Program-made: the position numbers and the translations under genes
Assembly: GCA_964019335.1 (NCBI GenBank)
Contig: OZ025664.1
Coordinates: forward strand, 186,001 to 250,000
DNA: 64,000 nucleotides
Direction of reading: 5' to 3'
Origin: Diplonema japonicum
Taxonomy: Eukaryota > Protista > Euglenozoa: Diplonemea
In this document: positions 9,988-22,125 of the stretch, one piece after another
Position numbering within the stretch: the first letter of the stretch is position 1
How the letters are laid out: each line of letters opens with the position of its first letter
Notes under the pieces: model-generated
Seen by the model: only the letters and a program-made list of their open reading frames with translations
The model's database searches: none
What the model was told of the DNA's origin: nothing

Positions 9988-10926
9988 ATGGGAAATACAC
10001 TTCCAAAAACCTTATCGAAAACGGAACTGCAGATGCTGCAGGGGGCCACCGTCTTCACAAAAGAGCAGATTCAACAACTGTACGAGCACTTCAAGGAATT
10101 AACGGGTGGGGATGACTATATCAAATTGAGTGTCCTAAAAGAAGGGTTGGCAAAACACGGAATTACATATGATGAAAAGTTTATCGAGAGTTTATTTTAG
10201 TATGCCAAACAAAAAAAAAAAAAAAAAAAAAAAAACACCTCCACCCACATCACAGCGCGTTCGACACGGAAGGAAGGGGCAAGATTAATCTGCAGCAGTT
10301 CTGCTCCGGGTTGAGCATCACCACAAAGAACAACACCGATGAAGACAAATTGCAGCTTATTTTCTGTATGGAGAAAAGATTTTCTTTCAATTAACAACAC
10401 AGCCATGTACGACCAGGCAGGCCGTGACGCTGTTTCCAGGGATGACCTTGTGACGGCTTTCCACAGCATGAGAAAGGCCTTGAGTGGTGTGAGGCTGGAT
10501 AAGGACAAGGGTGAACCAGAGTCTGCTGAAGACTTGGAAGGTGCGAAACAAAAAAAAGAAGGAAAACAAAATTTTCTAACAGGGATTGTGAAGTACGTAA
10601 ACGAGGTGTTCGAAAAGGTCATTGAGGTCAGGAAGGATTCTCCGGAGGACCCCATCCACAAAGGTACGACGTCCTTCCCAACCACCACCACCACAGGGTA
10701 CATGTCATTCGAGGACTTTAAGGTGTGCATTAAGTACCACCCTCTTGTGATCGAAGTGGGGTCTTTTTTCCTTAGCGATACCTGCAAGCCAGTCTTCAAC
10801 ACTCCCGAAGTGTCCTGTATGTGATTGGGAAAATTGAAGGGGGAAAAAATCTCTTTTTTTTCCATTACAGCAAGCACCCTCCAGAAGAAAAGGAGCTCTT
10901 CATTCCGCAGAACCTACAAGAGGTAA
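9988..10926 (+). CDS. Myristoylated calcineurin-B/NCS-like EF-hand protein, 6 exons (introns 10200-10255, 10366-10402, 10541-10582, 10664-10696, 10817-10870)
   Basis: MGNTLPK N-terminus; FTKEQIQQLYEHF. Removing the GT-AG introns restores LFYAFDTEGRGKINLQQF, KLQLIFSMYDQ and GYMSFEDF EF-hands. Confidence 0.88.
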
Positions 10927-10933
10927 GAACGGA

Positions 10934-10967
<34 letters not shown>

Positions 10968-11020
10968 TTTTCCTTTTGTCTCTCCGCCCCTTCTCTTCTG
11001 CCCCCACTTCCTGTGTTGAT

Positions 11021-11053
<33 letters not shown>

Positions 11054-11649
11054 CCTTTTTTTTTTCCTCTTTCCTTTTTTTTTTCTTCCAGTCGAGGCGT
11101 CCCCTTTCTTTTTTTATACTTTTCATGTGCAATAGAGGGGTGAGTTTAAAAAAAAAAAAAAGCAATTTTTTTATTTCTAAAAGAAAAGTTTGGAGAACGA
11201 GAAGGGAAGAAAAAGAGAAAAACAAATCAATGACAGTGGAAGAGTGCGGGAGAGTTCGGCGGAAAAAGGGGAGATAAATGGGGAGGGGAAAGGGAACCCT
11301 GGTGGTCCGTTGCAATTTCCCCCGTGATCCCCCACTGTAGTTATGTTTTTTTTTTTTTTTTTTTTTTTTTTTCTCTTCTTTTTTGACTGGTGCTACCTTC
11401 TCCCCGTAGCGAAAATGATCTCTCTACGTTGCCCTTGAGATTGTATAGTGCTTTTCATCTTTTCTTTAGTCTCTTCCTTTTATAGAATAAAGGCGCTGTG
11501 CTCCGGGGTGTGATCTGCAGTTCTGGCTGTGGCTCCCTTCTATCCCCCCTCCTCCCATAATAGTCGAAATTTCCCCCCTTTTCTTGTTCCCCTTTGTTGT
11601 GTGAGTGTTGTATAAAATTCCGTTTTGAGCTTCACCCATCCCTTTCTCC

Positions 11650-11683
<34 letters not shown>

Positions 11684-12253
11684 CCTTCCGTAATTTTACC
11701 CCTTTGTGACCTGTCCCACTGCCCGCAAAAGGGAACGAGAGAGAAGAAAAATAATAAGAAGAAAAAGAAAAGGAACGAGGACCAGAGCGAGGATGGACAG
11801 AGCGGAGGGGAAAAAGAAGAGGTGAGCCCCACCCAAACTTGTGCCTCTCCACCTCTGACCCCTGTTCTCCTCCCCCCCGGCAGACATCCCCAATGTTCAT
11901 TTGTTTACTACTTAAAAGCCCCCCTGACTGCGTCATGTACGGAAATAATAAGAAAAAAAGCGCAATTTTAAAAGGGAACGATATCTTTTTCCTTTCCTCC
12001 CCTCGTCCTCCCCCCCCTTCCCTTCACCCAACCCACAATATTGTTATCCCACCATATGACACCCCTCTCACCATGCCTCTTCACCCCCCCCCCCCCCCCC
12101 CCTTTCTTTTCATGTTTTGCCCCTCCGCCCCTCAGTTATTTTATTTCTATTTTTTCTCCTTAAAAGCGGATGGGGAAAAAAAAAAGAGGTTAGAAGAAGA
12201 AGAGTCGGCAGACTTCAACAAGCCCTGCAGGGAAAGAAAAAAAATACTGACAC

Positions 12254-13111
12254 ATGAACAGCGACGAGGTGTCCAGCTGTGAGTACCAAAAGTTCAAAGA
12301 TGATTTTGATAAATATGTGTCTGGTAACCTAAGAACTTCAAAGGAGGCAGAGTACATGCAAACCCACGAGGATGAGGAGGCGATTCTCACCGAGAAATTG
12401 GAGAACCTCCGGGAATTGATCGCTAGCTCCAAGCACATGGTCGTGTACACAGGTGCAGGTGTCAGCACGGAGTGTGGCTTGCCCGATTATCGTGGAAAAG
12501 ATGGTGTTTGGACAAAACGTGCGAAAGGAGAGAAATATGACAAGTTCGATGTCAACAATGTCAGTACGGGGTTCACACATAAATGGATAGCAGAAGGTGT
12601 GAAAGAAGGGAGAGTAAAACACGTAATCAGCACTAACGTCGACAACCTCCACGTGAAGAGTGGTCTGGTTCGAAAGGAGAACCTCTCAGAGCTCCACGGC
12701 AACTTGTTCATCGGGGAGTGTAGGGGTTGTGGGAAGGAATTCAAGCTTCCGAACCCTTTACAGCTTGACGACACGACACGCCTGGAACACACTATCACCC
12801 CACCCATCCCGTGCTCTGTTTGCTCCGAGCCGCTTTGTGACAATGTCGTCTCGTTCCATAGCACCTTCGAAGATGTGCCGTCTATGGAAGCCATCCATGA
12901 CGCAGCGTGGGTTCAATGCATCAAAGCAGACCTTTTGCTTGTTTTGGGTTCATCCCTCTCTGTCCCGTCTGCGTGCGACCTTATCGATACCACGCATGAG
13001 AAAGGTGGTAAAGTTGTTATTGTGAATCGGCAAAGAACGCCCAAGGACAGATTCGCTGTCATGAATGTGTTTGCAGATTGCGCTGATGTTGTCAGACAGC
13101 TGCCTTGGTGA
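12254..13111 (+). CDS. NAD-dependent sirtuin, class IV (SIRT6/7-like)
   Basis: YTGAGVSTECGLPDYRGKDGVWT, STNVDNLH, ELHGN, two CxxC pairs, LGSSL, IVNRQRTPKD. Confidence 0.93.
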   Translation: MNSDEVSSCEYQKFKDDFDKYVSGNLRTSKEAEYMQTHEDEEAILTEKLENLRELIASSKHMVVYTGAGVSTECGLPDYRGKDGVWTKRAKGEKYDKFDVNNVSTGFTHKWIAEGVKEGRVKHVISTNVDNLHVKSGLVRKENLSELHGNLFIGECRGCGKEFKLPNPLQLDDTTRLEHTITPPIPCSVCSEPLCDNVVSFHSTFEDVPSMEAIHDAAWVQCIKADLLLVLGSSLSVPSACDLIDTTHEKGGKVVIVNRQRTPKDRFAVMNVFADCADVVRQLPW

Positions 13112-13508
13112 TTTGTTTTCTCTTTTCCTCCCCGCCTTCTTTTCCCTCTTTCTCTTTCCTTACCTATCCAAATGAGGAAACGACAGCTTATTTGCGAGAC
13201 TTTCGGCTAGTCCAAAGTGGGTAACAACACCTCCCTCAAGCGAGTTGTTTTACTGACCCGTGGGAACACACCCACGGAGAATCCTTATGGGTCCTGTACA
13301 GCAAGACATTTTGTCCTCATTTGCAAAAAAAAAAAAAAAATGGTATCTACTTTTTTCTTTGGGTGCCTCCGCCATGGGGGCTCTTGCTAACCTCTCATTC
13401 TTGACGTCCCCTCGCGGAAGTTGGTATTTTTCTCTTTTTTTTTTTTATTACAGCAATCTTTTCCATCTTCATGCCAGGTGCTTCAAGACCAAATACACAA
13501 AAAAAAAA

Positions 13509-13573
<65 letters not shown>
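13509..13573 (+). repeat. (AAT)n microsatellite running into an ATG
   Basis: About 21 perfect AAT units. Confidence 0.95.
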
Positions 13574-13575
<2 letters not shown>

Positions 13576-13842
13576 GCGCGATTGACATCGAACTCTGAGT
13601 GTGACATGTATTTCAAAGTGCAGTACTTGGGAATAATACCCCAAAGCGACTGTGAGGCTCCCCTGAGCGATACAGAGACGGAGACAGAAGAAGAACCAGA
13701 GACCAGACCTTGGAAGGCAAAGAAACTGAGGAAGACCCGGGCATCATCTGCTGCAAGAACAAGCAGGTGCATGAACTGCGTTGAGGAGGATGTGTGTTCT
13801 ATTAATTCCAGTGATAGTGAAGGGTACTTCAGCACTTACTAA
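13573..13842 (+). CDS. Small hypothetical protein (89 aa)
   Basis: ATG after an A-rich leader; coding-like composition between low-complexity spacers; no motif recognised. Confidence 0.45.
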
Positions 13843-14030
13843 AGTACCCTGCCAAGTGAACTGTCCAGCTACAATAGCTGGGTACCTGCGAGGAGGGATC
13901 AAGGAAGGTGGCAATGGTAAGAGGGAGGGACAACTTGTTTCTTTTTTATTTATTTTTTCCTTCTCGTTGTCTCCCCCCACTCCCTTCTTCCCCCTTTTTT
14001 TATTTTTTTTTTATTTATTTTTTTACGATA

Positions 14031-14241
14031 TGACTCCTCCAGCTAAAAGTGATACCTTAATTTCCGGTTAAAAACCTGGTTTTGATTTACTAATCCCAAT
14101 TTTCTAAAAATTTCTAAATTATGTTGATGTTCGCTCTCAAAAAATCGCCAAAATCTCATTTCGTGAACAACAGTTGGAGAGGACCGACGATTTGTGTTTG
14201 CTTGTGTCAAACAACATCCCCTTTTTAGCTGGATGGGGTCA
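14031..14241. mobile_element. MITE (~211 bp) with ~19 bp TIRs and TA flanks
   Basis: TA|TGACTCCTCCAGCTAAAA ... TTTTAGCTGGATGGGGTCA|TA. Confidence 0.65.
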
Positions 14242-15482
14242 TATAATTTTCTCTTTAAGAATAATGATTTAAAAAAAAAAGAATGGGAGGTGGGGGGATA
14301 GCTCCTTTTGTGTTTCTCTTTCCCTCCTGCTTTATACCCCCCGTTTTTCTTTGTTAACTACTATCCAAGGTCTAAGGTTCTCTTTTTTTTCATTCCAAAC
14401 AAAAATTCCGGTCCTTTTTACAAGAAAGGAAGAGAACGGCCCAGAGAAGAAAAAAAAAAGAAGGGAAAAAAAAAAAACCGAAAAAAAAAAGGGGGGCGAC
14501 ACTTCAACATTACGCTGCTCTGGTCGAAGGAAACCCCCCCGGCAACCGAAAGAAAGAAAGTAAGAAAAGGAAAAAAAAAAAAAAATTGTCATACTATTTC
14601 TTTATTTTAGTTACAAAATTCCTATTTTTTTTTTTTTCTATATTGAGATTCCCCTAACAGAACTTTTATTTCCTCTCTTGTTCATCCCTTTCTGCGTTAT
14701 TATCCTCCCCCGCTCATATCCCCCCCTCTTTTTTTCTGCTAACTTTCTGCTTCCTCTCTCCTTGTAAAAGTGAAAAAATGTGACAAAATGAAAAGAGGGG
14801 TATAAAAAAGGGCTCAGCTCTTTCACCTTTTATACAAATCTTTCTTTCTCTCTTTGATCTTAAGATGCACGATGAACGAAGGGTGTACAAATCTTCTATT
14901 TTCCTCATTTGGCATTTTGCATGTATCCTTGTTATTTTACGAAAATTCTGGGAAACAAGAAAAAAAAAAGAAGAAGAATTAAACACTCAGTTTGCTTCTA
15001 TCGTTGGCACAGATCAAGAAGAAAGAAATCGGAGATAATAATGTGATCAGCAAAAAAAAAAAAAAAAATCAGCCCTCCCCCTCCCCTTTCTTTTTTTGTT
15101 TTTCTTACACTTGAAACTGCAAGGAAGGAAAGGGGGAAAAGGAACAGTTTTTTTTTTTTTTTTTCCCACTTTTTTTTCTTTTTTTTTTTCTCTCTCTTTG
15201 TCTCCCCCCCTTTCTGCTTGGTTTTTATTAGATAATAAAATGAAAGGGGAGGGGAGGGGAATAGAAAAATAAAAAGAATGGAAAAATCAAAAAAAAGTTA
15301 AAAAAGAGAAATAAAAAGCAACGTACGTTTTTTTTCTTTCTTTTTTTTTTTTTTTTTTTTTTTTTTTCGTTTCTCCCTCCCTCAATTCTTTTTATTAAAC
15401 AAATTCTCAACAACAAATAATAAAAAAATAATAATAAAAAGTGGGAGGGGAAAAAAGACAAAAAAAAAAAAAAAAAAAAAGA

Positions 15483-16409
15483 ATGACCGAGCGCTCCTTA
15501 GAAGAAGTGCTTTCAGAAGCCAGAAACCGGACCGCAGAATTCAGCAATGTGTGTTTCAAACCTGTCGCCCCGAACGAGAGAAAAAGAATGGCAGAAACGG
15601 AACGAGAGAGAGAATGGACTTTCGAAAAGATAAGAGAAGTAGTGGTAATGTACATGGACTACCTTGTCGCTCCACTTATACAACAAAACGCCAAAGAAGT
15701 CAAGCGAACTGTCGACGACCTGACCATCAAGGTCGCACAACTACAAAGAAAGGTGGACAACCTGCAACAAAAAGCTATCGCGCAAAGACAACAAGACGCA
15801 CAAACCCAACAACAACAGAAGGCCGTGGTGTCTGCTTCCACAACGGTAAAAAGTGAAACTTTGAAAGACTGCATTCCCATGCTGAAGCTGGATTCAAGCA
15901 TCCGGACAAGCTTAGGAAGCTCCTTTAAGACAAATCGTCTGCCCACAATTTTTGATACAGTTTCCCCTCTAAGTGATGTCCCTCGTATTGTGGCGGTGGA
16001 CGGAGATGGCGGTGTGGAAACAGTGTTTGCACCTACCCCCGTGCCTATCCCCAGCGAGACCGATACAACAACTTCCTTCGAGGGTTCTGATACTACTTCG
16101 CCTGCAGAGATCACAAAGAATGTGAATGCGATTTTGAAGTCAGTTAGGCGTCGTTCTGCCTCGCCCCCGCCCATCATCCCCCCTGACATACCTTCTGAGA
16201 ACTCAATCGACCGTGTGGACTCCGCCTTCGGTCCTCTTGCGCAGACTACTAACACCGCTCATACCACTACTGTGCGCTTCGCTTCTCCCAACGATCCCCG
16301 AACACCTCTGATGGAAACCTTTACTTCCATGAACGCCCCCAGTCTGCTCAGCCCCGAGTCCTCTTCCTCCGAAGCTACTGCGTACGAGGACGACCCGACT
16401 GAGATATAG
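15483..16409 (+). CDS. Hypothetical protein: N-terminal coiled coil, S/T/P-rich tail
   Basis: Long ORF after a poly-A leader. Confidence 0.75.
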   Translation: MTERSLEEVLSEARNRTAEFSNVCFKPVAPNERKRMAETEREREWTFEKIREVVVMYMDYLVAPLIQQNAKEVKRTVDDLTIKVAQLQRKVDNLQQKAIAQRQQDAQTQQQQKAVVSASTTVKSETLKDCIPMLKLDSSIRTSLGSSFKTNRLPTIFDTVSPLSDVPRIVAVDGDGGVETVFAPTPVPIPSETDTTTSFEGSDTTSPAEITKNVNAILKSVRRRSASPPPIIPPDIPSENSIDRVDSAFGPLAQTTNTAHTTTVRFASPNDPRTPLMETFTSMNAPSLLSPESSSSEATAYEDDPTEI

Positions 16410-16418
16410 AACTTGCCT

Positions 16419-16474
<56 letters not shown>

Positions 16475-16758
16475 CAATGAGCACCTCCCTGCACACCTGA
16501 AACTTTGTCGAATTTCTTTCTTTTTTTTTGTGTTTATTTTTTGTTGCGTTGACATGCTTAACAAAGATCAAAGATTAATCTTCCTGGATGGGCCCAACAA
16601 ATACCTCTCGGTGGAAAAGTGGTCTAGACTGCAAATTCTCATGAAAGAGTAGTCTTCAGGAAAACTTTCCTTCAGCGCAAAGAATATCTTTAGGCGCTTT
16701 GCGCTGCTGCTGATGCAGCTGGTGGTGGTGCTGCCCTGCTGCTGTTGGATGGTGATGG

Positions 16759-16796
<38 letters not shown>

Positions 16797-16827
16797 GTGT
16801 GTGTGGGGGAGAAGGGAGGGCGATACA

Positions 16828-17802
16828 ATGCAAGTCCTCAACGGGGCGAACACACGAGCGGTACAGGCGGTGACGGCGACGGTACTGTTCCTGGTGGTGA
16901 CATGGCTGACTGTGCGGCAGCCGGTGAAGACCGAAAAGATGAAATGCAAACAAATGGAAGGCGACGTGAAGGAGATCCTAAAGGCCGGCAAGGTCTCACA
17001 GGCCGTCTGGGTGGATGACAGCACAACACAGATATACGCAAAACCCAACGGACCACTGTCATGCGGCCGCGATCTGAAGGGATCCGATGTCGGGGACGCA
17101 CAGACGGCACTACTAAGAAACATCGCAGAGGTGAAAGTACTTCTAGACAGCCTCAACGCCACTTACTGGATCGACAGGGGGTCCTTGGAGTCCATCCTGC
17201 AGAAGGACGACAATGGGGTAGCCACAGGGTACTTCCACAGAAGCGACACATCCTTGTACATAGGACTGCTGCATGAGGACAGCAACAAGGTGTACAAAGC
17301 ACTCTTGCTAAACGTCAACGTGACGAAAATCAACGACGAAGGTGGCCTCGAACCAGCTACAGATCTGGAGACACTTGTCAGGGATGTTAAAATACCGCAA
17401 GCGGTGCATAGGTGGAACAGCAGCAAAGCTATTGCGGTGTTGGGACGGCCGTCTGTAACCGCTGCACTATTCATGAACGTTTTCGACATTCAAACAGGTG
17501 CACGCATCACCCTCTCAACATATGGCACTACACCTGCCGACGGGACGCTGACCACGCCTCCGTACTTCAACCCGAAGGCGGTTCTTGAGACGTCGCACAC
17601 CTTTCCTAACTCCACGCTGCTCCCCACTGCTCCGTGTAAGCTGTACGAGGTGTACTACCCCTGTCCTGCGCAGCCTTCATATTACCTTGACGAACTGGCA
17701 GGCGGTTCGTGGTTGTTCAGATCCAAGGCTTCGAAGGTCACATGGCTCGTTGTTATCGGGTTGTTTTTATCTCTAGCACATTGGGTGGTCAAAAAGGTTT
17801 AG
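16828..17802 (+). CDS. LicD/fukutin-like nucleotidyltransferase-fold membrane protein with a degenerate active site
   Basis: N-terminal TM; [27 protein letters not shown] resembles LicD YWLxxGTLLG; [24 protein letters not shown] matches the LicD C-terminal motif; C-terminal TM. Confidence 0.65.
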   Translation: MQVLNGANTRAVQAVTATVLFLVVTWLTVRQPVKTEKMKCKQMEGDVKEILKAGKVSQAVWVDDSTTQIYAKPNGPLSCGRDLKGSDVGDAQTALLRNIAEVKVLLDSLNATYWIDRGSLESILQKDDNGVATGYFHRSDTSLYIGLLHEDSNKVYKALLLNVNVTKINDEGGLEPATDLETLVRDVKIPQAVHRWNSSKAIAVLGRPSVTAALFMNVFDIQTGARITLSTYGTTPADGTLTTPPYFNPKAVLETSHTFPNSTLLPTAPCKLYEVYYPCPAQPSYYLDELAGGSWLFRSKASKVTWLVVIGLFLSLAHWVVKKV

Positions 17803-17957
17803 AAGTGTTTATTATTACAACAATTCTGTTCTTCAATTTTTGTTTTTTCTCCTTCCCCCCCCCCCCCCCTATTCAGTTTTTCATGAAGAAGAAAAAAAAA
17901 AAGGAAAGGGAGGAAGAAAAAGAAAAAAAAGAGAAAAAAAAAAAAAAAGAATCCAAG

Positions 17958-18626
17958 ATGTTGGTGATGGTTTTAGGTGACGTGCACATCCCGCAGCGTG
18001 CTGCGGACATCCCTGCGAAGTTCAAAAAAATGCTTGCCAAGGCCAGGGAGGACGGTAAGATCACAAGCATACTGTGCACAGGGAACTTGTGCAATAAGGA
18101 CACCTATGACTTCTTGAAGGAGCTGTGCTCGGATGTGCACTGCGTGCAGGGCGAATTCGACGAGATAGAGAAAAGGCTCCCAGAGTACGATGTCATGAAG
18201 ATGGGCGACTTTAAAATAGGCCTTATACACGGACATCAGGTATGCACCAGTTGTTTTGTTCCCTTGTGAAACACCACAGGTGACGCCATGGGGGGATATG
18301 GAGGCTCTTGGCCAATGGCAGCGCAAGCTCGACTGTGATATCCTCGTCTCTGGCTTCACCCACGAGTTCAAGGCAGAGGCCCTCAACGGAAAATTCTTCA
18401 TCAACCCGGGTTCCATCACTGGTGCCTTCACACCTACCGAAATGGAGCCCACACCTAGTTTTGTGCTCATGGATATCTCGGTATGCGAAAAATTGAAGAA
18501 AAAAAAAAGGAGAAAAAAAAAAAAAAAAAAAAAAAAAAACAGGGCACCACTTGCACGAATTTCATATACCAGCTCAAGGGGGGTGAAATCAAGGTGACGA
18601 AAACAGTTTTCACCAAAGATGAATGA
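17958..18626 (+). CDS. VPS29: Retromer subunit VPS29, 3 exons (introns 18240-18279, 18481-18542)
   Basis: [32 protein letters not shown]|[23 protein letters not shown]|..FIYQL. Confidence 0.95.
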
Positions 18627-19113
18627 GTTTTTTTTTGATGAGTAAAAGTTATGTTTCTACACACACGCCCACCCCCGGAAAAAAAAAGTGCACCGTCTTT
18701 GGTTCCCTGCCGTGTATTTTCTTTTTTTTTTTTTTTCTATGGTGGGTTTGTTGACTTTTCAAGTTTCTTTCCTATCATAGTGATTTTTTTTTGATGGTTT
18801 TCTTTCTTTTTTTTTTCATTCTTTCCTTGTGTCCTTTTTTTTCACAACCCCCTTAGTGTTTCTCTGCCCTCAACCCCTCGTTGTCCCCCCTTTCCCAGTG
18901 AACAAAATAAAAGGGGGGGAAAGTAAGACCTTGATCCCCTCTTTTCTTTTCTTTAGTATTGATTCTTTTTTTTTTTTTTTTTTTTTTTTTGAAAACTTTT
19001 TTCTCCGAACCTTTGTTTGTTTTGTTTCGTTTCCTTCATCGAAATATCATTTTAAAAACAGGAGTGGAAGAGGCGGGGGGAAAAAAAAAGAGAGAAAAAA
19101 AAGCACGAGCGAA

Positions 19114-21957
19114 ATGCAAGAAGGTAGGCCCGATCCAACAAAGCAGGGCAGGGTAAATTTTTTAAAACAGCACAACGATGAAAGGAACAAACAACGAGAA
19201 AAAGAGAAGGTAGAAGAGAAGGAGAGATGGGACGAAACGGAAATGGAGGAGAGGGAAAGAACCCCCCGCAGCGAAGACGAGATCGAGCAAAAGCAAGAAG
19301 AGGAAGAAGAACAAGTAATGGACGACGACGAGGAAACCGAGGTTCAAAAACAAGAAGCACAGCTAACCGAGGAGGAGAAAGGAATGATGCTGCTCCCTGA
19401 CGAACTAACCGTCAGCAGCCTGGAGAGAACGGTGACGAAGGACGTCACAAAAACACGGAGATATAGAATCTTCCCCTGCTATTTGATGTTTTTACTAACA
19501 TTCTCTGTTCTTATTGGAGTCGAACAACTCTCATCTGATGACAGATTCTACATGACCGAATCCATAAGGGACGTGACTCTAATTTCCACTTTCAACGATA
19601 TCCACACAGTAGAGAACTGGTACGCTTGGCTCGATACCAGCTTCCGGCGACTTTGGTCTCAACAGGATTCTAACACAGCGTCGACTCCTTTAAACCGTAA
19701 TGTTCTTATAGGAATGGTCGTTCTTCGCCAATGGCGAGCAAAGCCTGTTTATTGCAGCCAATCCCCGCAGCTTCACATGCTGTCCCTCCAGGCTAAAAAT
19801 TTCCTACCACGACTGTGCTACGGCGACTACTCTGAAGGATCGTTGGATGCTACCCCATACGGGCCTAACCTTCAATGGCAACCTTCTAAGAATATCAATT
19901 ACTCTCTAGAGGTTGTGCCTGTCACAGGGCAGCTTCATACTTATGCGTCGTCGTCCGACGCATTTCCTATATTTTTTTACGTGAACACCAGTCTGTCGTC
20001 TGTTCTGCAGGAATTGTCTGTTTTGAAAACGTCGTCTTGGATCGATTCCTCCACACGTGCTGTTGTCGTGGATTTGTTGTTTTACAACCCGAATGTTAAG
20101 GCGTTTGTGCTGTACCACCACATCGCTGAGATCGACACGACGGGGGACCTCATTCCTCTTTCGAAGAGCTCGTACTTTAAGTTCTTGAAGTACAACGCTG
20201 ACAAGCTGAGCGGGTTTATATTCTTCCTCGACATCTTGGTGTTCCTATTCACCGTCATGCTTATCGTCGACATGTGGTGCACAATTAAGAACCAGTACTA
20301 CCTTTACTACGGTTCGATTTACCAAGCTATTAGTTTTTGGGAGATATACATGACAGGCCTCATTGTGTTGCTTGTCATTCGCGGAGCGTATCGGTTTTGG
20401 TTATGGACAGCTGGAACAGAAGTGGGGGAAACGTGGATCCGTGACCATGCTGACAGGTACGGCGGGGACGAGGACAAGCTAATGTTTCAAAATGCTTGCG
20501 ACTATGTGTTGAAGCAAAGGTTCGTGTTGGTGGTGGACGCTTGGGTCTCCATCCTAGCATGGCTGCGGGTCTTCGAGTTCCTACAGTTCAACGAACGGTT
20601 AAACCTCGTAACAGAAACCATGATCAAGTCCATCGGACAGCTCGCAGCCATGATCATCATCTTCCTCATCATTTTGATCGGCTTCACCATCGCCGGTCGT
20701 ATCTTCTACGGCCATGCTATGTTCGAATTCCGTTCTTTCTTCGCCACCGCAGGCTACCTCGTGAGGTTGGTTTTCTCAGCGGATCTCGGCGATTATCTTG
20801 AAATGGAAAAGATTCGTCCTATCATTACCCATCTGTACATTCCTCTCTTCTTCATCCTCACGTGGCTTGTCCTGTTGAACATGGTGCTTGCCATCATCGC
20901 AGGATCCTTCCAAGCCTTGCAAGAACGTGCCACTAAGGATCCTCGTGGATGGATGCCCGCAGAGTTATGGGAAGATTGTAAAAAGACATGGAACAGAGTC
21001 CTCCCGCATCGTGCGCATATGTTGCTTGCAAGAAAGAACAACCGCCCGCCACCGGAAGACAGCGTACAGGTCAGGCTTGATTTGCTGCCGAGGTTGCAGA
21101 TAATGAACGAAGCTGGGAAGAAACCTGGCGAGACAGAGGTTTTCATTCCGAAACAAGATTTCTTAGCAGAGGCATGCAAAGTGATGCGTCCGGAGACAGC
21201 AGAGAGGGTGTATAATAAAGCTGCTGCGGACATCAATGGTGCGCAGGAAAAATCGTTCAAGCTTGGGGAGAGGTTTGCCTTCCATCTTAACAAGAGATTG
21301 CTGGTGATCGAGTCGCAGATTCATGGCCAGCAGGGCAACATAGACAGGATCCCTGAGATCGAAAAACAGTCCCTTAGAAAGCACATCATCAATTTACAGC
21401 CCAAGGTCGACAGGCTGAACGAGTTGCAAGACGACATCAGACGGGAGCTGTTCCTGATCCACCACAACCTTCCCATCCACTTCGACGAGGTGCACCAGGA
21501 CCTCAACCACCAGATGGCCAACTTGGAACAGATTACCTCACAGAGAGTTGCCCCTCCTCTGCAAGAACTAGTCGAAAAAACCCGGAACGCCCGCCAGTTG
21601 TGATCTCCACTTCCAAACACACCAAATATTATTATAGATTATTGTACCATTAGAGTAGAGTATTATCTCTTTTTTTTTTTTTGTTGTTGTTGTTGTACTC
21701 CCAGTAGTTTCTTGCAGGTGATGTCTCTTGATGATGTTATCTTGAACACTTCTGTGCACACTGATCCGTCGCGAGCACGGTGGTCGGCTGAAGAAGCATC
21801 GGAGCAGAGTGCCAAGTGCTTCGAGATGTTGGACAACGAAATGAAGGTGCTGAGTGAGGGGCTGCGAGACGAGAATGATGTCAGCGTGGTAGAGCTCATA
21901 AGAGAGATGGTGGCGGCAAAGGAAAGGCTCAAGGTGCTGATGGAATGCCGGGAGTAG
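19114..21957 (+). CDS. Polycystin-2 (PKD2/TRPP)-like cation channel; probable last intron 21597-21704 (unspliced ORF ends at 21603)
   Basis: TOP domain (LIGMVVLRQWR, WIDSSTRAVVVDLLFYNPN), six TM segments, LLNMVLAIIAGSF. A GT-AG intron joins it in frame to the 21712-21957 ORF. Confidence 0.88.
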
Positions 21958-22125
21958 TTTTTTACCCCTCCTTTTTTTTTTATAGACTGGTCTAGATTAA
22001 AAAAAAAATATGTTGAAAGTTTTTTTTTTTCTCCCCCCTTTCGATCTTTCCCGCAAAGAAAGAAAAAAAGAAATAGCAGGGGGTAGGGAAGGGGAGGAGG
22101 GAGGGCAATCCTGCAGACTGACGAT

